A DNA stretch of 35,767 nucleotides from a virus. The stretch lies in IMG/VR virus record IMGVR_UViG_3300000563_000001, positions 1 to 35,767 of that record; one strand, 5' to 3'. Position 1 is the stretch's first letter, and every line of letters starts with the position of its first letter. Under the pieces are notes generated by a model, which worked only from the letters and a program-made list of their open reading frames with translations, was not told where the DNA came from and made no database searches. A program made the position numbers and the translations under genes. Below, in pieces: positions 7,970-14,612 of this stretch.

Positions 7970-8608
7970 ATGAGGTTTAAATTCACAACTCGAGAAATAG
8001 AAAACGCACTAAAAGAATTAATAATTATTATAGATAGCAGAGAACAGAAAAGCGAAAATTATAAAAAAGAGTGGAATAGAGATAATATAAAAACTTATAG
8101 TAAAGAGGATTTTTTATATCTAAATGAAGTCAAGAAAATGCCTAAAAAAGATTTATACGAACCTTGTTTACCAAGTGGTGACTATTCTGCAATGCTACCA
8201 AGTGGGACTCTTAGGGGAATAGATAGGGCATTATGGTTCGACAAAAAGACTATAATAGAGAAAAAAGGAAGTATAGACGAATTAGCAGGGAATATAAGCA
8301 AAAAAGATTTAATAAGGCTTAGAAATGAATTTGCAAGGCTTAAAGCTAATGGCACAAGACATAGGATATTTATAGAAGACGGATTGTATTTTAAACACCT
8401 GTATGAAGGAACTGGAAACCAAAAAAATGGGTGGAAGTCACAAGAAAGTCTCGGCTGTGCTATAAGTAGAGAATTAAGCAGATGGGGGACAGAACTTATA
8501 CCAATTCCACCGGAATATATGGCTAGAGAAATATATCGTAAGATAAAATATGATGTTAAGACTATCTTAGAAGAAGAATTTGAAATAAGTGAAATAGAAA
8601 ACTTTTAA
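7970..8608 (+). CDS. ERCC4/Mus81-type (XPF-family) nuclease-like protein (212 aa)
   Basis: IIIDSRE, SGDYS and IEKKGSIDELAGNI resemble the ERCC4 motif set (DxRE, GDY, ERKxxxDL). It sits in the recombination module. This is a call by eye only. Confidence 0.5.
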   Translation: MRFKFTTREIENALKELIIIIDSREQKSENYKKEWNRDNIKTYSKEDFLYLNEVKKMPKKDLYEPCLPSGDYSAMLPSGTLRGIDRALWFDKKTIIEKKGSIDELAGNISKKDLIRLRNEFARLKANGTRHRIFIEDGLYFKHLYEGTGNQKNGWKSQESLGCAISRELSRWGTELIPIPPEYMAREIYRKIKYDVKTILEEEFEISEIENF

Positions 8609-8616
8609 AATAAGTG

Positions 8617-8646
8617 TTGACAATGTATTGTATTATATGTTAGAAT
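8617..8646 (+). promoter_or_regulatory. Early promoter gtgTTGACA-18-TAGAAT
   Basis: The AAGTGTTGACAATGTATT box is identical to 5764-5781. Confidence 0.6.
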
Positions 8647-8677
8647 TAAGACAAGTTAAAGAAAGGGGAATAATAAA

Positions 8678-8866
8678 ATGAAAATGATAGAAGGTTACAA
8701 TTTTTATGAAGTTTTGGAAATTATATCAGATTATGAAATTTATAGAGGATATGAATATACTATAACAAAAAGGTCTATACCTAACGGAATAATAATTAAA
8801 AGCATAGAAAGTGATTCCATAAATTGGGATAATTTACAGAAAGAATTATTTATAAAAGTAGAATAA
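8678..8866 (+). CDS. Hypothetical protein (62 aa)
   Basis: ORF track; AAAGGGGA SD. Confidence 0.6.
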   Translation: MKMIEGYNFYEVLEIISDYEIYRGYEYTITKRSIPNGIIIKSIESDSINWDNLQKELFIKVE

Positions 8867-8870
8867 AATA

Positions 8871-8890
8871 AGAGGGTTTATCCCTCTTTT
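8871..8890 (+). terminator. Rho-independent terminator (short T-run)
   Basis: agaggg/ccctct stem, 5-nt loop, then TTTT. Confidence 0.55.
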
Positions 8891-8911
8891 AAATAAAGTG
8901 AGGTTGTATAT

Positions 8912-9202
8912 ATGTTAAAAGAAACTATGGAAAGTATAAAAATAGAAATCGAATTAAGAAAACTTGAAATACGAAAAGCTGAACTAGATATAATTTGTTT
9001 TAGAAGAGAATTAAATAAACTAAAAAATGAAAATACTATAAAAGAGATAAATGAAGAAATAAATAAATATAATATTGCAAATAGTAAAATTATAAAAACA
9101 TATCCAGTAGCACTACCGGAAGGAGTTAATGCACTTTATACAGAAAATGGAATAAAAATAGCAGAATTAGAATTAAAATTGGAGGAGTTAGAAAATGAAT
9201 AA
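8912..9202 (+). CDS. Coiled-coil hypothetical protein (96 aa)
   Basis: ORF track; GTGAGG SD. Heptad-like E/K/L-rich sequence. Confidence 0.6.
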   Translation: MLKETMESIKIEIELRKLEIRKAELDIICFRRELNKLKNENTIKEINEEINKYNIANSKIIKTYPVALPEGVNALYTENGIKIAELELKLEELENE

Positions 9203-9575
9203 AGTATTTTTAAATGGAAGATTAACAAAAGATATAGATTTGACTTTCGCACAAGGAAGTGGAACAGCTATATGCAAATTTAACTTAGCAGTAAATAGAA
9301 AATTCAAGAAAGACGAAGCTGACTTTTTTAATTGTATAGCATTTAATAAGACTGGGGAGATAATAGCAGAATATTTTAAGAAAGGTAGCCCTATTTTATT
9401 AGATGGTCACATACAAACAGGCTCTTACGAAAATAAAGAAGGAAGAAGAGTGTACACAACAGATATTATCGTAGATAGCTTTGACTTTATATCAATTAAA
9501 AAAGAAAATGATACTCAAACAAATTCACAAGACTGGTCACCTGCTGATGCTGATGCTGATGAAATACCATTCTAA
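9195..9575 (+). CDS. ssb: Single-stranded DNA-binding protein
   Basis: OB-fold signature MNKVFLNGRLTKD...FNLAVNR...DFFNCIAFNKTGE...GR...TTDIIVD and an acidic tail ending DEIPF. Confidence 0.95.
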   Translation: MNKVFLNGRLTKDIDLTFAQGSGTAICKFNLAVNRKFKKDEADFFNCIAFNKTGEIIAEYFKKGSPILLDGHIQTGSYENKEGRRVYTTDIIVDSFDFISIKKENDTQTNSQDWSPADADADEIPF

Positions 9576-9592
9576 ACAGAGGAGAATAAAAA

Positions 9593-9805
9593 ATGAATTT
9601 TAGAGAACAATATAATTATAATTTAAAAAAGATGTATGAGATAGAAAAAATAATTAATGCTAATCCTGAAAAATATGACGAATTATATCCAGCTTTTGAT
9701 AAATTTACAAAGGCTTTAAGTAAAATGGAATTAGATTGTAAAAATAAATATAACTATATAATGTCAGTTAAAGAAATATTAAACGGATTCGAAGGAGTGA
9801 ATTAA
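9593..9805 (+). CDS. Hypothetical protein (70 aa)
   Basis: ORF track; GAGGAGAA SD. Confidence 0.6.
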   Translation: MNFREQYNYNLKKMYEIEKIINANPEKYDELYPAFDKFTKALSKMELDCKNKYNYIMSVKEILNGFEGVN

Positions 9806-9806
9806 A

Positions 9807-9989
9807 GTGGATAATATAAGTTTAATGAACAACATGGAAATAATAGAAAATATAAATAAAATGTTAGAAGAATTAAAAGAAAGAAATATAAATATAAAAG
9901 ACGATAATGATATGTGGTGGTATTTAGATAAAATTTTATATAATCAAAATATAGATGAAATTATATTCATGTGTGCAACTAATCAATAG
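9807..9989 (+). CDS. Hypothetical protein (60 aa, GTG start)
   Basis: ORF track. AAGGAGTG lies 9 nt upstream of the GTG. Confidence 0.5.
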   Translation: MDNISLMNNMEIIENINKMLEELKERNINIKDDNDMWWYLDKILYNQNIDEIIFMCATNQ

Positions 9990-9996
9990 CAACTGA

Positions 9997-10026
9997 GGAG
10001 AGGACTAAAAGCCTCTTCTTTTTTTA
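9997..10026 (+). terminator. Rho-independent terminator directly in front of the DUF4230-like/SpoIIP-like gene pair
   Basis: ggagagg/cctcttc stem (one G-U), 8-nt loop, TTTTTTTATTT. The next SD (AGGAGG, 10030) follows with no recognisable promoter. Confidence 0.75.
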
Positions 10027-10038
10027 TTTAGGAGGATA

Positions 10039-10686
10039 ATGATGAAAAGAAATAAAATAAAAAGAATTATATTAATAGCGTTATTGGGAATATCTTTTTT
10101 AACTATAAGCAAGTTCGGATTAAAGGCATTTACAAAGCCATCTAACAATTATAATATTTCCTCTATACAAAGTATAAATAACAATAGAAAAATTGATTCA
10201 GTGACTATTTTGGAGGAACTGAAAGAAACTGGAAGGATTGAAATAATGCAGGGTTTTACTTCTAAAGAAATAGAGATTAAAAACGGGATTGCTGATAATG
10301 TTATATTTAAAAATAATAAATATATAAATTTCAAAGGGTTAGGACATTATTATATAGATTTGCAAAATTTAAAAGACAATCAAGTACAGGTGAACGAGGA
10401 TAAAAGAGAGGTTACTATTTTCTTAAGTTCTCCAATTTTGGAACTAGAATTATTAGAAGATAAAACAGAATTTAAAACAGAACAAGGTATACTTATATTT
10501 AATAATTTTAAAATGGAATTAGAGGAATATGAAAAGTTAAAACAAGATATAAAAATAGATATGATTAAAAAACTTTCGGAAGAGGATTGTATAAAAGAAG
10601 TAAATGAGAAAACCGAAAAAATAATTAATGAAACTGTAATAAAATTAGTAAAAAGTGGATATAATATTAATATAAGATTTGTATAA
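10039..10686 (+). CDS. N-terminally anchored membrane protein, DUF4230-like (215 aa)
   Basis: N-terminal TM helix IILIALLGISFLTI. The segment GLGHYYIDLQNLKDNQVQVNEDKREVTIFLSSPILE resembles the DUF4230 pattern (aGiDL..l....i.vd...k.i.i.LP.p.i). Confidence 0.45.
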   Translation: MMKRNKIKRIILIALLGISFLTISKFGLKAFTKPSNNYNISSIQSINNNRKIDSVTILEELKETGRIEIMQGFTSKEIEIKNGIADNVIFKNNKYINFKGLGHYYIDLQNLKDNQVQVNEDKREVTIFLSSPILELELLEDKTEFKTEQGILIFNNFKMELEEYEKLKQDIKIDMIKKLSEEDCIKEVNEKTEKIINETVIKLVKSGYNINIRFV

Positions 10687-10703
10687 GAAAAGGAGAATAA
10701 TAA

Positions 10704-11363
10704 ATGTTAAGGAAAAAGTTAATAAAAATAATATCAAAAATATTAATAATATCTAGTTTAATAGTAACTCTTTTAATGCCTATAAATTCATGTTTGGCAC
10801 GTTCTAATAAAAGCATACTAATATATCATAGTCACACTAGTGAAGCTTACACAGATGATTATAACGTAGTTAAAGCAGGCGAAGACTTAAGCAACAAATT
10901 AAGAAAAAAAGGGTATATAGTACATCATGTAATAGATAAATTTGACAATGATTATAATAATAGTTATTATTGTTCTAATAAAATGCTAAAAGGGAAAGAT
11001 TTAAATAGTTATGATTTAATAATTGATTATCACAGAGATGCTATAAATGATAAAAAAATAGTAACTAAAGATAAAAACAATAATGAAGTAGCTAAAACTA
11101 TGTTTGTTATAACTAAAGAGCAGGAAAATTTTAATAAACAAAATAATATTGTAAAGAATTTAGAAAAGGAATTAATTACAGTTTCTGAATCTGATATGGT
11201 TCGAAAAACATGGTATTACAACAAAGGTATAAATTACTATAGTCAAAATTTATCAGATAATATAATACTTATAGAAAATGGATTTAATACTAATACAGAA
11301 CTAGAAATAAAAAGAGCAAATACTTATCTAAGTTACTCTATTGATAAAGTTTTAAAAAAATAA
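10704..11363 (+). CDS. spoIIP: SpoIIP-family cell-wall amidase homologue (219 aa) with an N-terminal signal/TM segment
   Basis: ILIYHSHTSEAY, DYHRDA, AKTMFVITK and YSQNLSDNIILIENG reproduce the conserved SpoIIP blocks (iYHTH..E.Y; DiHRDa; Akimfv; NQ.l....lLiE.G). Hydrophobic N-terminus IISKILIISSLIVTLLMPI. Confidence 0.8.
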   Translation: MLRKKLIKIISKILIISSLIVTLLMPINSCLARSNKSILIYHSHTSEAYTDDYNVVKAGEDLSNKLRKKGYIVHHVIDKFDNDYNNSYYCSNKMLKGKDLNSYDLIIDYHRDAINDKKIVTKDKNNNEVAKTMFVITKEQENFNKQNNIVKNLEKELITVSESDMVRKTWYYNKGINYYSQNLSDNIILIENGFNTNTELEIKRANTYLSYSIDKVLKK

Positions 11364-11383
11364 AAAAAGTTTTCATAAATGTG

Positions 11384-11412
11384 TTGACAATATATATACA
11401 TTGCAGTATAAT
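11384..11412 (+). promoter_or_regulatory. Early promoter gtgTTGACA-17-TATAAT
   Basis: Consensus hexamers with an exact 17-bp spacer. The initial transcribed 17-mer is identical to the 5790 promoter. Confidence 0.8.
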
Positions 11413-11464
11413 AATAATTGTAGGGAACAACAAAACAAATTAAAAATAAAGGGGAATAATTAAA

Positions 11465-11698
11465 ATGAAAAAAGAGTTTATAAAAAATGTATGCGATATA
11501 GATGTAGACGGTTTTAGAGGTATAAATACTTATACTATTAAAGCAATGTACAACGTGGAAAAAGAAGAGGGGTATTGGGGAATAGAATTTAAACTAATTG
11601 ACAAGTTTACTATGACATGGTCTGAAATAGAAAGAGATGGAGGAATAGAACAAATTAATAGAGATTTGGAAGAATGTTATAATATTAAAAAAGATTAA
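11465..11698 (+). CDS. Hypothetical protein (77 aa)
   Basis: ORF track; AAAGGGGA SD. Confidence 0.6.
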   Translation: MKKEFIKNVCDIDVDGFRGINTYTIKAMYNVEKEEGYWGIEFKLIDKFTMTWSEIERDGGIEQINRDLEECYNIKKD

Positions 11699-11702
11699 AA
11701 AA

Positions 11703-11726
11703 AGGAGGGTACGCCCTCCTAGGAGG
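11703..11726 (+). promoter_or_regulatory. GC hairpin abutting the SD (on the minus strand it reads as hairpin plus T6)
   Basis: aGGAGGG-tacg-CCCTCCt followed directly by AGGAGG, with the ATG at 11734. It is preceded by A6 on the + strand. Confidence 0.6.
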
Positions 11727-11733
11727 TATAAAC

Positions 11734-11856
11734 ATGGTAATAAATTATAAAGATTTGTATTTAAAATATATAAGTATAATTTACAAATGTGATTCATATA
11801 AAATTACAAATAGATTAAATAAATTATCAGAATGTAATTTGAGAGAATTAGAATAA
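11734..11856 (+). CDS. Small ORF (40 aa)
   Basis: ATG 7 nt after AGGAGG. Below the ORF-track cutoff. Confidence 0.45.
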   Translation: MVINYKDLYLKYISIIYKCDSYKITNRLNKLSECNLRELE

Positions 11857-11861
11857 AAGTG

Positions 11862-11890
11862 TTGACATTGTGTAATATGTGTATTAATTT
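11862..11890 (+). promoter_or_regulatory. Early-family promoter gtgTTGACA-17-TAATTT (weak -10)
   Basis: AAAGTGTTGACATTGTGTA box read directly. The -10 is poor. Confidence 0.45.
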
Positions 11891-11929
11891 TAGTATATAA
11901 GATAAATAAATTTAAAGGAGAGTAATAAA

Positions 11930-12019
11930 ATGCAAATTTGTTTAAACAATGTAGGTAGAGAATTAAAAAAATATTCGTTTCAAAAAGGTAAAGAAAAAAA
12001 TAAAAAAATGGAGGAATAA
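11930..12019 (+). CDS. Small basic ORF (29 aa)
   Basis: ATG 8 nt after AAAGGAGAG. Below the ORF-track cutoff. Confidence 0.4.
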   Translation: MQICLNNVGRELKKYSFQKGKEKNKKMEE

Positions 12020-12026
12020 AAATCGT

Positions 12027-12236
12027 ATGAGAGAAATTTTTAAGAATATGAATTATGATGAATTTAAAGAATGGTGTAATGACAGAGCTTGTGATGGGCA
12101 ATGGAATGTTGACGAGGCAATGTTGTATATTCCAATAATGAGAGCTATTGACGAGATAAAAATAAAAGGATTATTTAAGAAAAAAGCAACTAAAGAAGCT
12201 AGAGAATTGGCTTGGAGAGATATATTTGAAAAATAA
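12027..12236 (+). CDS. Hypothetical protein (69 aa)
   Basis: ORF track; GGAGG at 12010-12014. Confidence 0.6.
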   Translation: MREIFKNMNYDEFKEWCNDRACDGQWNVDEAMLYIPIMRAIDEIKIKGLFKKKATKEARELAWRDIFEK

Positions 12237-12279
12237 AAAATAGGAATATTGCAAATTAGTAGAGGAGGAATAGAAAAAA

Positions 12280-12411
12280 ATGAAAATTAATGAATTATTT
12301 AAAGAAGAATATATAGGTAAAAAGGTAATAGATAATTGTGGGTCAATTTGGATTGTTGGAAAATCAAATTTAGAACTTGCAGAAAATGCAAAAGACAAAT
12401 ATATAATTTAA
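12280..12411 (+). CDS. Small ORF (43 aa)
   Basis: ATG 9 nt after GAGGAGGAA. It is the last ORF before the terminator at 12425. Confidence 0.45.
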   Translation: MKINELFKEEYIGKKVIDNCGSIWIVGKSNLELAENAKDKYII

Positions 12412-12424
12412 TAATAATTAATTT

Positions 12425-12449
12425 AGGCTAGGGATTAACCTAGCCTTTT
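12425..12449 (+). terminator. Rho-independent terminator closing the early region
   Basis: aggctagg/cctagcct 8-bp stem, 6-nt loop, then TTTT. Confidence 0.75.
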
Positions 12450-12464
12450 CTTAAACTCAATAAA

Positions 12465-12478
12465 AGAACATATGTTCT
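12465..12478. promoter_or_regulatory. LexA (Cheo) box-like perfect palindrome AGAACATATGTTCT
   Basis: Matches the Gram-positive SOS-box core GAAC-N4-GTTC (idealised CGAACATATGTTCG) at 12 of 14 positions. It is intergenic. Confidence 0.45.
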
Positions 12479-12537
12479 AATATTCGTAATGGTACGAACA
12501 ATAAAGCTAAAAAAATTAAAAATATTCGTCTTTTTAT

Positions 12538-12696
12538 GTGTTGACACGAAAGCACTTTTTTTCTAAAAAACGCTTTTTTATTTTAACGATAAAATCCAGT
12601 CGCCAAGCGGGTTGAGGTCACTTTTTACCTTCAAATAATTCAAAATAGTTCTTATTATATAAATATCTTTTATTCTTTTTTATTTATTTAGAAAGG
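12538..12696 (+). repeat. Intergenic cassette copy B, forward orientation
   Basis: gtgTTGACA...GCACTTTTTTTCTAAAAAACGC...TTTTAACGATA...CTTATTATATAAATATCTTTT...TTATTTATTTAGAAAGG. It shares a 21-mer and a 17-mer with copy C and has an 11-nt deletion relative to the other copies. Confidence 0.85.
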
Positions 12697-12754
12697 ATAT
12701 TATTATTTGTATATTCGTGTTTCGTATCTAATAATTATCACCACCCTAAGCAAA

Positions 12755-12783
12755 TTGAATTTTGTGACCACAAATGGTATAAT
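12755..12783 (+). promoter_or_regulatory. Box promoter of the packaging/head operon: TTGAAT-tt[TGTGACCACA]aatgg-TATAAT
   Basis: Exact 17-bp spacer; extended -10 TGGTATAAT. The spacer 10-mer is shared with the promoters at 18261-18289 (-) and 33553-33581 (+). Confidence 0.8.
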
Positions 12784-12814
12784 TAATATATATAAATGAA
12801 AGGAGTTGATTGAT

Positions 12815-13222
12815 ATGACAGTACCAGTTAAGGGAGGTCGACCAAAGGCATTTAATAGTGTCGAGGAGCTTGAAAAGAAAATTGAAGAGTTTTATGACTA
12901 TTGTGAATTAAAAGAAGAGACTTTGACTTTTGAAAGATTATCAACGTTTCTAAATGTAGATAGAAAAACCATTTATAATTATGAAGATAAAGACGAGTAT
13001 TTCCACACTTTTAAAAAAGTTAGAGAGAGAATATTAGCTGATATAATGAGTAAAGGTTTAGGGAATAAGATAAATCCAACCTTTGGAATATTCTGTTTGA
13101 AGAATTATGGATATACAGATAAGCAAGAGATTGAAAGCACTAATACAAATACTAATAAGAATATTAATGTTGACCATCTAAGTACAGAACAAATCAAGGA
13201 ACTATTAAAAGATGAAAGTTAA
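12815..13222 (+). CDS. terS: Terminase small subunit
   Basis: The N-terminal GGRPKAF...EELEKKIEEFYDYC motif is typical of HTH-type TerS. It lies directly upstream of and overlaps terL. The ATG at 12815 is 9 nt after AAAGGAG, whereas the ORF-track TTG at 12806 abuts the SD. Confidence 0.8.
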   Translation: MTVPVKGGRPKAFNSVEELEKKIEEFYDYCELKEETLTFERLSTFLNVDRKTIYNYEDKDEYFHTFKKVRERILADIMSKGLGNKINPTFGIFCLKNYGYTDKQEIESTNTNTNKNINVDHLSTEQIKELLKDES

Positions 13223-14600
13223 GCAACAATTACAATGCGAATTAGCAAGACGTGAGTTTTGGTATTATTGTAAATTGATGGCTAGTGATTTCTATAAAGA
13301 TGATAGAATATACCTGAAAGAGATTTGTGACACTCTCCAAGAGTTTTATGAAGGAGATAAACAAGTGCTGTGTATTAATTTACCGCCGAGGCATGGGAAA
13401 TCTAGAACAGCAACCCTTTTCGTAGAGTGGTGCTTGGGTAAAGACAATAGTCTTAAGGTTATGACAGGCTCATACAATGAAACTCTATCAACTACATTTT
13501 CAAGACAAGTTAGAGGAGCAATCCAGGAAATTAAGGCAGATGAAGATAAATTAGTATATAATGATATATTCCCCTCTACTAAAATAAAGTACGGAGATGG
13601 GGCAGTAAACCTTTGGAGCTTAGAAGGTAACAATAATAAGAACTATCTAGCAACATCGCCCACAGGGACTGCCACAGGCTTTGGAGCTGACATTCTAATT
13701 ATAGACGATGTAATCAAAAATGCAGAAGAAGCAAATAATGCTAATGTACTAGAAAAACATTGGGATTGGTTTTGTAATACTATGCTGTCAAGATTGCAGG
13801 GCAAAAGAAAAGTCATAATTATTATGACAAGATGGGCAACACAAGATTTAGCAGGTAGAGCAATAAGACACTTTAAAGATATTAATCAAAATGTAGAACT
13901 ATTAAGTATGAAGGCTTTTGATGGTTCAAAAATGCTTTGTAATGATGTTTTAAACCTAGAACAATACGAAACATTAACCAAAACTCTAGGTGATGACATA
14001 GCCTCTGCAAACTACAATCAAGAGCCTATTGACTTAAAAGGTGTTTTATATTCTAATTTAAAAACTTATGATAGTATTGAAGATATAGGAATTAAAAGTA
14101 TAAACAATTATACAGATACAGCAGACACTGGGAAGGATTATTTATGTAGCATAACCTATGCGGTAGATAAAGACAAAAACGCTTATATATTAGATGTAAT
14201 ATACACTCAAGAGCCTATGGAAATTACTGAACCTCTTCTCGCTAAAACTTTGTTAGAATATAAGGTAAATTATGCAAATATAGAAAGTAACAACGGGGGG
14301 CGTGGGTTCGCTAGAAATGTTAATAGGATTATCAATGGCGTAAATAATAGACATACAATAATAAGACCATTTAGCCAAACAAAAAATAAAGAATCAAGAA
14401 TATTAACAGGTTCTACTGGCGTTATGAATAGTATTTATTTCCCTAGTGATTGGAAATATAGATATCCTGATTTTTATAGAGATGTAACAACTTATCAAAG
14501 AGCTGGTAAAAACAAACATGATGATAGCGTAGATGCACTTACTGGTGTATATGAGAAAATTCAAAGCAATAATATTATGCGTACTAATGCAAGACTATAA
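13212..14600 (+). CDS. terL: Terminase large subunit
   Basis: Walker A-like PPRHGKSRT, Walker B ILIIDDV, C-terminal nuclease motifs DTADTGKDY and HDDSVDALTG. 462 aa, with the portal gene next. Confidence 0.9.
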   Translation: MKVKQQLQCELARREFWYYCKLMASDFYKDDRIYLKEICDTLQEFYEGDKQVLCINLPPRHGKSRTATLFVEWCLGKDNSLKVMTGSYNETLSTTFSRQVRGAIQEIKADEDKLVYNDIFPSTKIKYGDGAVNLWSLEGNNNKNYLATSPTGTATGFGADILIIDDVIKNAEEANNANVLEKHWDWFCNTMLSRLQGKRKVIIIMTRWATQDLAGRAIRHFKDINQNVELLSMKAFDGSKMLCNDVLNLEQYETLTKTLGDDIASANYNQEPIDLKGVLYSNLKTYDSIEDIGIKSINNYTDTADTGKDYLCSITYAVDKDKNAYILDVIYTQEPMEITEPLLAKTLLEYKVNYANIESNNGGRGFARNVNRIINGVNNRHTIIRPFSQTKNKESRILTGSTGVMNSIYFPSDWKYRYPDFYRDVTTYQRAGKNKHDDSVDALTGVYEKIQSNNIMRTNARL

Positions 14601-14612
14601 AGAGGTGATAAA

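Noticed and set aside
11594-12398. Three minus-strand ORFs (11594-11797, 11781-12101, 12171-12398) in the small-gene region.
   Set aside because: The + strand here has promoters, strong SDs and short ORFs in series. The minus ORFs have no SD and run through + strand promoters and terminator hairpins.
12412-12814. tRNA, tmRNA or rRNA genes in the large intergenic gaps (3036-3345, 12412-12814, 18231-18689, 33249-33613).
   Set aside because: No cloverleaf-compatible stems (acceptor and T-arm GTTC-type motifs) could be drawn. The gaps are explained by the cassette, promoters and terminators.
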